NCBI RefSeq assembly: GCF_009914755.1 | Contig: NC_060945.1 | DNA: 64,000 nucleotides | Reading direction: 5' to 3' (one strand) | Source: the human T2T-CHM13v2.0 reference genome, Homo sapiens | Part shown: one piece after another, positions 34,401-45,778 of the stretch | Position numbering within the stretch: position 1 is the first letter of the stretch | Layout of the letters: each line of letters opens with the position of its first letter | The notes under the pieces: generated by a model | Databases searched by the model: none | Told to the model about the DNA's origin: nothing | Seen by the model: the letters and a program-made list of their open reading frames with translations, nothing else | Made by a program: the position numbers and the translations under genes

Positions 34401-36023
34401 GGGAACTTGGCATTTATGGACAGATCCTCATCCTTCTTGCTGTAGTCAATTACACGCACGTTAACCGTGCAGCCGCCCTGCTGTATTTTAGGCGGTTGTT
34501 GGCACTCCTAGTTGGGCCCTTCCCTGGCCCCTCACAGCAGGGCCTGCCTCCTGTGGACGCTTGTGTGCTGCCCTGGCACCGGCCACTGTGTTTTGCATAA
34601 AGGAGAGGCTCCAAAGATGTTGGCCAAAGGAATGAAGCCTTGAGAGTCCAGGCTTTCTATTTCTGAGACACTCTACTCAAGGACTTCCCAGATGCAAAGC
34701 TTCATCTTTGAGCAAATACAAATATGGAGAGGGAACATTAACTTTCTGAAGAAAAGAAGGAACATCTTTTCAACCTTTTATATTGAGTTAACACCATGGT
34801 CTTAGTTTTGTGAAAGCACTTTAATACATCCAACTAGCGGGAGGAATACAAGATATTCCTACCTTTTTATTATTATTATTAAAAGAGGGCTAAACCATGT
34901 TGTAAACTACTTAAGAACTGAATGTTCAAGTTGTACAGTATATTGGCCAGATTCCTTACTGCCCACTAGGCTTGGGAGCATGTTTTCAGCTCAGTTTTAT
35001 GAATGTTTTAAATTTGTATTACTGATCTTTGTTATAGCCAATTAGCAATTCAAAATGGTAATTTTTTTAGCAGTAATAAATATACCATCCCCCAAACAGT
35101 ACAATAAACTTTATTTGTAAAAAAAAAAAAATTATACTCTTCTAGGACTTAGTCTACTTACTGGTACATTTAAAGAGGATATTTACACCTTGGAGTCTTC
35201 TAGGAGGTGTGAAGGTGTTTTTATTTTAAAATCATAACAATCTGATGAGGTTATTTTTACAGATAAAGGCCTTTAATTCTGCAGTTTCATAAAATAGCTA
35301 GGTAACCACCCACATTACTCAAAATTTGTCCAGAAATTTCTATAGTTTAGGATTAGTATTTTGTGTAGTATTTATAAATCTGTGGTCCACATTTTCCAGT
35401 CTTAGAGCAGTACCATATTCAAAAAATACAGGCAAGAACCTGAAACCCAATTTCAAAATGACTTTTAAAAAATTCTCAGGCTGGGCACTGTAGCTCATGC
35501 CTGTAATCCAGTACTTTGGGAGGTCAAGGAGAGAGGATCATTTGACTCCAGGAGTTCAAGACCAACCTGGCCAACATCATGAAACCCAATCTCTACAAAA
35601 AATACACAAATTAGCCAGGTGTGGTTGCATGCAGCTGTAGTCTCAGATACTCTGAAGGCTGGGGTGAGAGGATCACCTGAGCCCAGGAAATTGAGGCTGC
35701 AGTGAGCTATGATAACATCATGGCACTCCAGCCTGGGTGACAGAGCAAGACTCTGTCTAAAAAAAGAAAAAAAAATTCTCATAGCTGAACACTGTGAAAT
35801 AGACACATAGCAAACAATGTCTCTTAAACACTTTTTCTCTCATCCACTTCCCTTGCACACACAGTATTTGTTTTTATGTCTCTTTCAAAACTTGCCCTAC
35901 TCTTGTGTGCTTCAGATGCTTTGCCCCAGCTCTCTTTCCTTGTGAGTTGGAATCACAAAATCACAAATGAATTGGTATGGCAAGGCAGAGCCCTCCTCTT
36001 TATGGGACTGAAAGAGGAGAGCT

Positions 36024-36380
36024 GCTATAAACTAAATGTTTGTGTCCCTCGCAATATTCGTATGTTGGAGACTAAATCCCCAATGTGATGGTATTTGGAG
36101 GTGGGGCCTTTGGGAGACACTTAGGTCATGAGGGTGGAACCTTCATGAATGGAATTAGTGCCCTTGTAAGTGGAAACATGAGAGAGATGATCACTCTGTC
36201 TGCTCTCTTGCCAAGTGAGGATATAGGGAGAAGACAGCAAACCAGAAAGCATACCTTCACCAGACACTGGATCTGCTGGTACCTTGATCTTTAACTTCCC
36301 TACCTCCAAACTGTGAGAAATTTCTGTTGTTTAAGCCACACAGTCTATAGTATTCTGTTATAGCATCCTGGAATAAGACA
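36024..36380 (+). mobile_element. MLT1A-like MaLR solo LTR
   Basis: tgctataaactaaatgtttgtgtccc...ggaggtggggcctttgggag...aactgtgagaaatttctgttgtttaagccac...taagaca. Confidence 0.8.
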
Positions 36381-36405
36381 GGAGCAGAGCTGATGTAAAT
36401 AATTA

Positions 36406-36674
36406 CAGTAGTTCCCCCTTATCCACGGTAGGATATGTTCCAGGATCCCCAGTGGATGTCTGAAACTGCACATGGTACCAAACCCTATGTATAATTTATA
36501 AATTAGGAACAGTAAGAGATTAACAATAATTATAATAACAGAACAATTATTATAGTACACTGTAATAAAAGTTATGTGAATGTATGCTCGCTCTCTCTCA
36601 AAATATCTTATTGTACTGTACCACTGGTAACTAAAACTGGTGAAAATGAAACCAGGGATAAGAGGGAACTACTA
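36406..36674. mobile_element. MER44-like Tigger-family MITE
   Basis: TIRs cagtagttcccccttatcc and ggataagagggaactacta, flanked by TA. Confidence 0.8.
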
Positions 36675-36957
36675 TACTCATTAATATGTATTTCCATTTC
36701 ACAGCTAACTTTAAGATATTCACTTCTATTGTGTGTTAATGGTGTAGTTTGCTTTTAGCACAAGTGGTTTCTTATGAAAATGAGCCACTCTAATATGTCT
36801 AGGGCTTTATAATCACAGGAATCATCACACACATCCTGTGGTTGTGTCTCAGAGTTGCAGAGAATGCAACTTAGAATCAACAAAATCTGTGAAATAGCTT
36901 TCAAAATTAGGACTTATTTTCACTAAATATGTGAGTCTTTAAAATCCTTTGAACTCA

Positions 36958-37475
<518 letters not shown>

Positions 37476-38416
37476 TGAGTAGCTGGGACTACAGGTGCCC
37501 ACCACCATGCACGGCTAATTTTTTGTGTTTTTAGTAGAGACAAGGTTTCACTGTGTTACCTAGGATGGTCTCGATCTCCTGACCTCATGATCTGCCAAAA
37601 CAGTCACTTTTATAATGGACATGGAGGATTTTGTGTTATGTTAGTTGCATTAGCTATGTAGAGAAACTGGTATGTAACATAGAGGATGTTACGTTACATA
37701 GCATATGTTACATTATGCTATGTAACATCAAGGAAAAGTGTGTGCAGCCTTCTGGGGCCTTTGGAGGTCCAGCAAGTAAGATCTGAGACTATAATTTTAA
37801 GAACACTTCAACACATTTCTTCAAAAATTTCCAGAACTTAGCCATGTAACTAAATTAAAAAAGACTAAATCTACTTCTCTTGCATTAGCTTCTTAAATAT
37901 CCATAAAGCAGCAGTGATTAAAGTATAAGCATAAAGAAAATTTGCAATCTTCATTATTTTCTCCGTTACATCATGCCATAAAACTGACTTCCAAAAGTCA
38001 AAACACAAACTCTCTTGATGAATGAGGCAATGGAAACTGGGCACACCAACCTCCTATTTTGAGTTGCATTAACTGTGGAAACTTTCCTCCCTACCTCAAA
38101 GAGGCCTCAAACTTGGCTCATCTTTTTCAGAAGAAAATGCTTTGATCAAACTTTTCATATTATTGTTTGGTAATTGGTTAGGATTTATGTGAACTAGGTT
38201 AGGGTGATGTATAAGTTATGACACTCAAGTGGGCCAGACACTCTATGCTTAGGTAGAACTTCATATTGGAAATCCCTGGAGTAAAATTTCCCAGCTTGGC
38301 AGGAGAGGTGCCATTATTGTTGTTGTTGTTGTTGTTGTTTGGCAATACTCTCCTATTCTCCATGCCAGCAGAGAAACTGACTTTTATTAGTGAGTAATGC
38401 ATAAACTCCTATCTTT

Positions 38417-38447
38417 ATTTTAGTATATGTGCTGCCGAAGCGAGCAC
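38417..38447 (-). pseudogene. 3'-truncated U6 snRNA retrocopy (U6 nt 1-31)
   Basis: Reverse complement GTGCTCGCTTCGGCAGCACATATACTAAAAT is identical to the U6 5' end. Flanked by the direct repeat AACTCCTATCTTTATTTTAGT at 38404-38424 and 38448-38468. Confidence 0.93.
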
Positions 38448-38505
38448 AACTCCTATCTTTATTTTAGTGCAACAAAATTAAGAATATAATAAGAATATAG
38501 GTATT

Positions 38506-41500
38506 CCGGCATACCTCGGAGATATTGCGAGTTCAGTTCCAAACCACCACAATTAAGTGAATATTGCAATAATGCAAGTCACACACTTTTTGATTTCCTG
38601 TGCCTATTAAAGTTATGTTTACACTATTTGTAGTCTATTAAGTGTGCAGTAGCATTGTGTCTAAAAAGTACTTAATTAAAAAATATTTTATTGCCAAAAA
38701 TGCTAATGATCATCTGAGCCTTCAGGGAGTCCTAATCTCTCTGCTGGTTGAGGTCTTGCCTCGATGCTGGTGACTGCTAACTGATCAGTGTGGCGGGTGA
38801 TGAAGGTCGGGGTGGCTGTGGCAATTAAAAAAAATAAGACAGTAATAAAGTTTGCTCCATTGATTGACTCTCCTTTTCATGAAAGATTTCTCTGGTAGCT
38901 TGTGATGTTGTTTGGTAGCATTTTACTCACCGTAGAACTTCTTTCAAAATGCAAGTCCATCTTCTCAAACCCTGCTGCTGCTTTATCACTAAGTTTATGT
39001 AATATTCTAAATTCTATGTTGTCATTTCAACAATGTTCGTAGCATCTTCACTAAGAGTAGATTTTATCTCAAAACACCATTTTGTAGCCAGGCACCGTGG
39101 CTCACACCTGTAATCCTAGCAACTTGGGAGGGATTGCTTGAGTCCAAGGAGTTAAAGGCTGCAGTAAGCCTTGATCGCAGCACTGCACTTCAGCCTGGGC
39201 AACAGGAGACACTCCTCATTCATTCAAATTTTATCATTAAATTACAGCAATTCAGCCACATCTTCAGGGTCCACTTCTAATTCTAATTCTCTTGCTATTT
39301 CTACCCCATCTGCAGTTACTTCCTCCACTGAATTCTTGAATCCCTCAAAGTCATTCATGATAGTTGGAATCGGCTTCTTCCAAACTTCTATTAATGTTGA
39401 TATTTTACCTTTCTCCTGTGAATTGCGAATGTTTCTAATGGCATCTACAATAGTAAATCCTTTCCCTAGGTTTTCAATTTACTTCGCTCAGAGCCATCAG
39501 AGAAATCACTACCTATGGCAGCTATAGCCTTATAAATATATTTCTTTTTCTTTTCTTTTTTTTTGGAGGCGGGGATGGAATCTTGCTCTGTCGCCCAGGC
39601 TGGAGTGCAATGACACAATCTTGGCTCACTGCAACCTTTGCCTCCTGGTTAAAGCAATTCTCTGGCCTCAGCCTCCCAAGTAGCTGGGATTACAGGCATG
39701 CACCACCACGCCCGGCTAATTTTTGTATTTTTAGAAGAGACAGGGTTTCACCATGTTAGCCAGGCTGGTCTCAAACTCCTGACTTCATGATCCACCCGCC
39801 TTGGCCTCACAAAGTGCTAGGATTACAAGCATGAGCCACCACTCCTGGCCATGAATGTATTTCTTAAATAATAAGACTTGAAATTCTAACTTATCCCTTG
39901 ATCCATGGGCTGCACAATAGATGTTGTGTTAGAGGGCATGAAACAACACTAATCTCCTTGTAGATATCCATCAGAGCTCTTGGGTGACTAGGTAAATTGT
40001 CAATGAGCAGTAATATTTTAAGAGGAATATTTTTTTCTGAGCAATAAGTCACTTAAGTAGGCTTACAATATTCAGTAAACCATGCTGTAAACAGATGTGC
40101 TGTCATCTAGGCTTTGTTGTTTTATTTCTAGAACATAAGCAGAGAAGATTTGGCATAATTCTTAAGGGCCCTAGGGTTTTCAGAATGGTAAATGACCACT
40201 GACTTCAACTTAAAGTCACCAGCTGCATTATCCCCTATTAAGAGAGTTAGCCAGGCTGGGCGCAATGCCTCAAGCCTGTAATCCCAACACTTTGGAAAGT
40301 TGAGGTGGGTGGATCATGTAAAACCAGGAGTTCAAGACCCACATGGCGTTCAAGGAGTTCAAGACCAGGAGTTCAAGACCAACAGGAGTTCATGGCTAAC
40401 ATGGCAAAACCCTGTCTCTACTAAAAATACAAAATACAAAATTAAAATACAAAATTTAGCTGGGCATGGTGATGCATGCCTGTAATCCCAGCTACACAGG
40501 GGGCTGAGGCAGGAGAATCGCTTGAGCCTGGGAGGCAGAGGTTTCAGTGAGCCAAGATGGTGCCATTGTACTCCAGTCTGGCAGCCTGGGCATCAGAGCA
40601 AGGCTCTGTTTCAAAAAAAAAAAAAAGAGAGAGATTCAGGCTATACTTTGAAGATCTGAAGTGAGGCATTGACTTCTCTCCAGTTATGAAGGCCTAGATG
40701 GCGTCTGCTTCCATTATAAGGTTGCTTTGTCTCCATTGAAAATCTGCTGTTTAGTGTAGTCACCTTCAACCATGTTCTTAGCTAGATCTTCTGGATAAAT
40801 TGCTTCAGTTTCTCTATCAGCATTTACTGCTTCGCCTTGCACTTTTATGTTATGGAGATGGCTTTTTTCCATAAACCTCATGGACCAACCTCTGATAGCT
40901 TCCAACTTTTCATCTGCAACTGCCTCACCTCTCTCAGCCTTGGTAGAATTGAAGAGAGTTAGGGGCTTGCTCTGGATTAGGCTTTGGCATAAGGGAATGT
41001 TGTGGCTGGTTTGATCTTCCATCCAGAGACTAAAACTTTCTCCATATCAGCAATATCATGCTATCTTATCATTCATGTATTCCCTGGAGCAGCACTTTTA
41101 ATTTCCTTCAAGAACTTTTCTTTTGTATTCACAACTTGGCTGACGAGTTGGCACAAGAGCCCTACCTTTCAGCCTGTCTCGACTGACTTTTGCCATCCAC
41201 GCTAAACTTAATCATCTCTAGCTCTTGATTTAAAATGAGAGATGTGTGACTCTTTTTTTCACTTGAACATTTGGAGGCCATTGTAGGGTTATTAATTGGC
41301 CTAATTTCAATGTTGTTGTGTCTCAGAAATGGAGAAGCCCAAGGAGAGAGAGACAGTGGAATGGCAAAGGTCAGTAGAGCAGTCAGAACACATGTAACAT
41401 TTATCTATTAAGTTAACTGTCTTGTATGGGTGTGGTTCATGGCACCTCATAACAATCAAAATAGTAACATCAAAGATCACTGATCACAAATCACCTTAAC

Positions 41501-41704
41501 AGATATATTAATTTTGAAAAAGTTTGAAGTATTGTGAGAATTACCAAAATGTGACACAGAGACACAAAGTGATCACAAGCTGTTGGAAAAATGATGCTTA
41601 AACACTTGCTTGACACAAGATTGCCAAAATCTTCAATTTGTAAAAAAACATGCAATATCTGCAAGTTCCAGTTAAGTGAAGGGCAATAAAGCTAGATATG
41701 CCAG
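38506..41704 (-). mobile_element. Near-complete Tigger1 DNA transposon interrupted by three Alus
   Basis: Both decayed TIRs (ccggcatacctcggagatattgcg... and ...gctagatatgccag). Transposase remnant ORF 40714..41022 ([18 protein letters not shown]...KVQGEA...QQIFN), CENP-B/pogo-like. Confidence 0.9.
39087..40626. mobile_element. Alus inside Tigger1: ~39087-39208(+, partial), 39541-39850(-), 40253-40626(+)
   Basis: Alu consensus interrupting continuous Tigger1 sequence. Confidence 0.9.
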
Positions 41705-41764
41705 CATTCAATTAGCAAAAGGTTCAGAAATAACGTAAAAAAAAAACTGCTTGAAATACAACTT

Positions 41765-42201
41765 TATTAATCAGGGTCCTCTAGAGTCAGAACCAATAGG
41801 AGGCACAGAGAGAAAATAAATAAATAATTTTAAAAGAAAAAAGACAGAGAGGAGAGATTTATTTTAAACAATTGGCTCATGCAACTGTGGGAGCTAGCAA
41901 GTTCGAAATCTACAGGGCAAGCTGGCAGGCTGGTAACTCAGGCAAGAGTTGAAGTTATAGTCTTAAACCCAAAATCCACTGGCAAGATTTTTATGTTATG
42001 GTTTTGAGGCAGAATTTCTTCTCTAAAAAACCTCAGTTTTTGCTCTTAAAATGTTCAAATGATTGATATCCACCCACATTATTCAGGATAATCTTCTTTA
42101 CTTAAAGTCAACTGAGTATAAATATTAAGCACATTCACATCTAGCAATCTGGATGTGGGCACCATAGCTTAGCCAAGTTGACGCATACAATCAACCATCA
42201 C
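41765..42201 (-). mobile_element. MLT2 (ERVL) solo LTR
   Basis: tcagggtcctctagag...cagaaccaatagga start and ccaagttgacgcatacaatcaaccatcaca end. Confidence 0.75.
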
Positions 42202-42520
42202 AACAACCTTCATTCAATAGCATTTTCTTACAGGCATGATGATAAATAGGTTTTAAAACATAAATCCCCTAGTGAACCACATAAAGCATGCTTTTATTAA
42301 GAAAACAAATTACCTTGCTTTTATTTTTCTTTGCTCTTTTCAGTCAGTTGTGTGGTAGTGAGGATGGGGTGGGGACGGGGGAAGGAGGATTGGATGTCTG
42401 TTTTCAGGAGCATCTGCAGCATAACCATGTCAAATATTTGTGCTAGAGCATTGGGAACAGTGCACACATTAGAAAGGATCAAAAGGAAATAATAAATTGC
42501 TCACAATACAGTCAAAGATA

Positions 42521-42874
42521 CTGCTATAAATTAATGTGACCCCTGCAAAATTCAGGTGTTGCTGATGCTATCAACAGTACCAAGAGATGGGACCTTTAGA
42601 AGGTAATTAGGCCATGAGGGCTCCTCTCTCATGAACAGGATTAGGTGCCTTTATAAAAGGGCTTGATGGAGGCTCTTCATCCCACTTGCCTTCAGCCATG
42701 TGAGGACACATCCTTCCTCTTCTCTAGAGGACGCATCTCTCACCAGATAATAGAACCTGCTGGCAACTTGATCTTGGCCTTCCCAGTCTCCAGAACTGTG
42801 AGAAATAAATTTCTGTTATTCATAAATTACCCAGTTCCAAGTATTTTGTTGTAGCAGCACAAACAGACTAAGAC
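42521..42874 (+). mobile_element. MaLR solo LTR (MST/MLT1A family)
   Basis: ttaggccatgagggc...cagaactgtgagaaataaatttctgtt...gcagcacaaacagactaagaca. Confidence 0.8.
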
Positions 42875-45251
42875 ATATGTGAGCAATCTACTTTACACAT
42901 TACAAGTTGTATTATGAATTAAATACCGCATAAAAGTATAAAGACAATAATGGTGTAGGTATATAAAAGGGTTTGTATGTGGTTGGGCTCCCAGCTGAAA
43001 GGAAGTTTCACAGGCTTATGAGGGCATCATTGCAAACCTTCTTTGTAATTTTCTGATACAGACTGGTAGAAAGGGAGAAGGCATAAACATAAAGGAATTG
43101 CCTCTGAGGCAGAGTCACTCCTTTAATACAGGCAACATCAGTTGCACCACAGAGATGGCTAGAATTAATCAGATTCACACAGCAAGTCCTGACACTTGAT
43201 GGCTTAATTAGGGTGATTACGGGTAGGCTTTTAAAATTCTGCTTTGTCAGCAGATGACCCAATAAAATGTTACCGTAAAGAGCTTGTTCCCACCCCACCC
43301 CAGCCCAGGAGGAGCTCAAAACCTGGACTGTAGTTAGTATATTAATAATGTTTGTGATGTGGTTGGCAAAATATTTTGTAATGATGTGCTTATAAAAGTT
43401 GCTTTAGGAGGTAATGGCAGCAGGTCAGGTTTTTCTTTACCTTGTAGGAAGTTACAGCTAACTCTTTTTGTGATACAAAAAGACATGTCTATACCTATAT
43501 ATAATGCATATATGTATATGCTTTATTTCAGGGGGGCATGAAAAGAGATTTATGACAGAACATTTTTGTCAGTGTTTTTATCCTAGCTTGATGTGCTCAC
43601 AAATAACTGGTTTTTTTTCCAGAAGGAAATAACTAATAAACTATGATGTGTATCATTAGCAACAACCAAAACACAATGGAGGTATTATGTATAGAAGGAG
43701 AGTAGAACGAAGTTGTTAGATTGGTGACTCTATTTTGTTTTGTTTTTGTTTGTAATTGTAGACTTGTAAATATTGAACTATCATGGAGCTGAAGAACGAA
43801 TAGGAGAGAATAATTCTTCTCACTGAATGTTCAACATAAATATAATATAAAAAGGTGCACCATTCTAAGACACTAAAATGTTTCAGAGCAACAACTATTG
43901 GGAGAATATATTCACTAGTCCTTCAATATGGGTGTGTAGCTTATGCTAATTTCACTGGGGATCCTCAAGTATATAATCTGTTTAATTTGGAATATCTAAA
44001 ATTAAGTGATGACTCTTTTTTTTTGAGACAGGGTCTTGCTGTGTCACCCACCTCAAGCAATCCTCCCACCTCAGCCTCCTGAGTAGCTGGGACAACATGC
44101 ATGTGCCATCATGCGCAGCTAATTTTTGTATTTTTTTATAGAGATGGGGTTTCACCATGTTGCCCAGGCTGTTCCTGAACTCCTGGGCTCAAGCCATCCA
44201 CCCACCTTGGCCTCTCAAAGTACTGAGATTTACAGGTGTGAGCCACTACACCCAGCCAAAGTGATGACTCTTTATTTTGGAAGTATTTATTTATTCTGGA
44301 CCCTTTATTTCTTTGATGTATTTTTTAATTCGATTTTATTATCTTATAGACAGATAATTCATTAAATACATAACTAAATGTTTTAACAATATTTTGGTGT
44401 GTGTGCTTACTGATATGTTTGTATTCACAAATCAGAAAAAAAAAATTTAATGTAAGAGAGACTTTCGAAAACAATTAAGCCCCGAGGCAGCATCACTCCT
44501 CTCTTTACATTCATTTCCTCTGTGTTTGAACTCACCCCATGGTTTTGAGTACTGCCTGTGTGAGAGGACTCCCTAATTAATCATTCCAGCTCTTGATAAT
44601 CCTCTGAACTTCAAACTTGTGTATCTAACAATGTGATGGACATCTCCACTTGGATAGCTGATAGGCATTTCATACATAACATGTCCCAAGATAAACCCTT
44701 GTTTGCCCTTGTCCCACAACTCCCACTAAACTTGCCACTCCTCTTTGTTATCTCATTATGTCTTTTTTCTCCATGGCTGGGACCAAAAATTTTGGAGTCA
44801 ACAATGACACCCCTCTTTCCCCAACACCCCATAAGCTATCCCTGAGCAAATCCTCTTGATTCAACCTAATTTTCAATTCTTTTTGAGACACTCAAGTAGC
44901 AGTTTTAAATGGTTCAACCCAACATATCCAGAATCTGACCATTCCTATGTCCATTGTAATTTCCCTAGTTCAAGCTGTTGCATGAATGATGGCAACATTT
45001 GTCTAATTGCATTCTACACAGGGTAGTTCACAGTGATCCTTTTATCGTGTAAGGCTGATCGTGTCATGCCTCTGCCCCAAACCCCCATAGGCTCCCCATT
45101 TCACCCACAGTAAAAGACAAAGGTCTCACAATGTTCTACTAAGCCCCACAGTAGCTGACCCCTCATTTCCTTACCTCCCCCAGCCCATGCTTTCTCCCTC
45201 TCTTGCTTCATCTCCTGCTATACTCACCTCCCATTTCAATCAAGTCTCACA

Positions 45252-45778
45252 GTATTAGTTTTCTATTACTTCCACAACAAATGACCACAAATTGCCACAC
45301 ACTTAGCAGCTTAAAGCAACATAAATTTATTATCTCACAGTTCTGTAGTTTGGAGGTCTGAACTGTCTTGGCTGTTTCCTGTGTTGGTAGAATCCAGTGC
45401 CTTCAGTCTGCAGGACTGAGGTCCCTGTTTCGTCACTGGTGTCAGCTAGGGCCCACCCTTATCTCCCAGAGGACAATCCTTGCTCATGGGTCCCCATATC
45501 TCAGAGCCAGAAACAGTGCATGCTATCCTCATGTTTGGAATCTCTCTGATTTTTCCCTTCTGCTGAATCTCTCTTGCTGCAGCCAGAAAAAGTTTTTTGC
45601 TTTTAAGGGCTCATGTGACTCTATTGGACCCACCTGGATAATCTAGGATAATCTCTTTATCTTAAGGTCTGAAATGCCATTTCCGTCTGCAATTTCTTTG
45701 CCACATAATGTAACAAATTGACAGGTGCCAGGCATGTGGGCATGGACATCTTTGGGGCACCACTATCTGCCTACCATA
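45252..45778 (-). mobile_element. MLT1-family solo LTR nested in L2 sequence (~44480-46150)
   Basis: gtattagttttctatt...cttagcagcttaaagcaacataaatttattatctcacagttctg...ctgcctaccata. Flanks carry L2 3' motifs (atctccacttggat; gttcaataaatatttgttgaat). Confidence 0.7.

Larger units (their letters stand above)
32690..34570. promoter_or_regulatory. BTG3: CpG island / BTG3 promoter (probably bidirectional)
   Basis: Abrupt GC- and CpG-rich block in AT-rich surroundings. GC boxes GGGGCGG at 34023-34029 and GGGGGCGGGGC at 34034-34044, E2F-like TTGGCGCG at 33991-33998, no TATA box near exon 1. Confidence 0.95.

Noticed and set aside
38417-38447. Functional U6 snRNA gene
   Set aside because: Only the first 31 nt are present, with no ACAGAGA box, no terminator and no evident PSE/TATA; it is a retrocopy.
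40326-40392. Short direct repeats with spacers resembling a CRISPR array
   Set aside because: Eukaryotic DNA; the units are Alu B-box fragments with irregular 0-13 nt spacing and there are no cas genes.
40714-41022. Transposase-like ORF as a domesticated TIGD-type gene
   Set aside because: Only 102 aa are open, the surrounding frame is broken, and three Alus interrupt the element.
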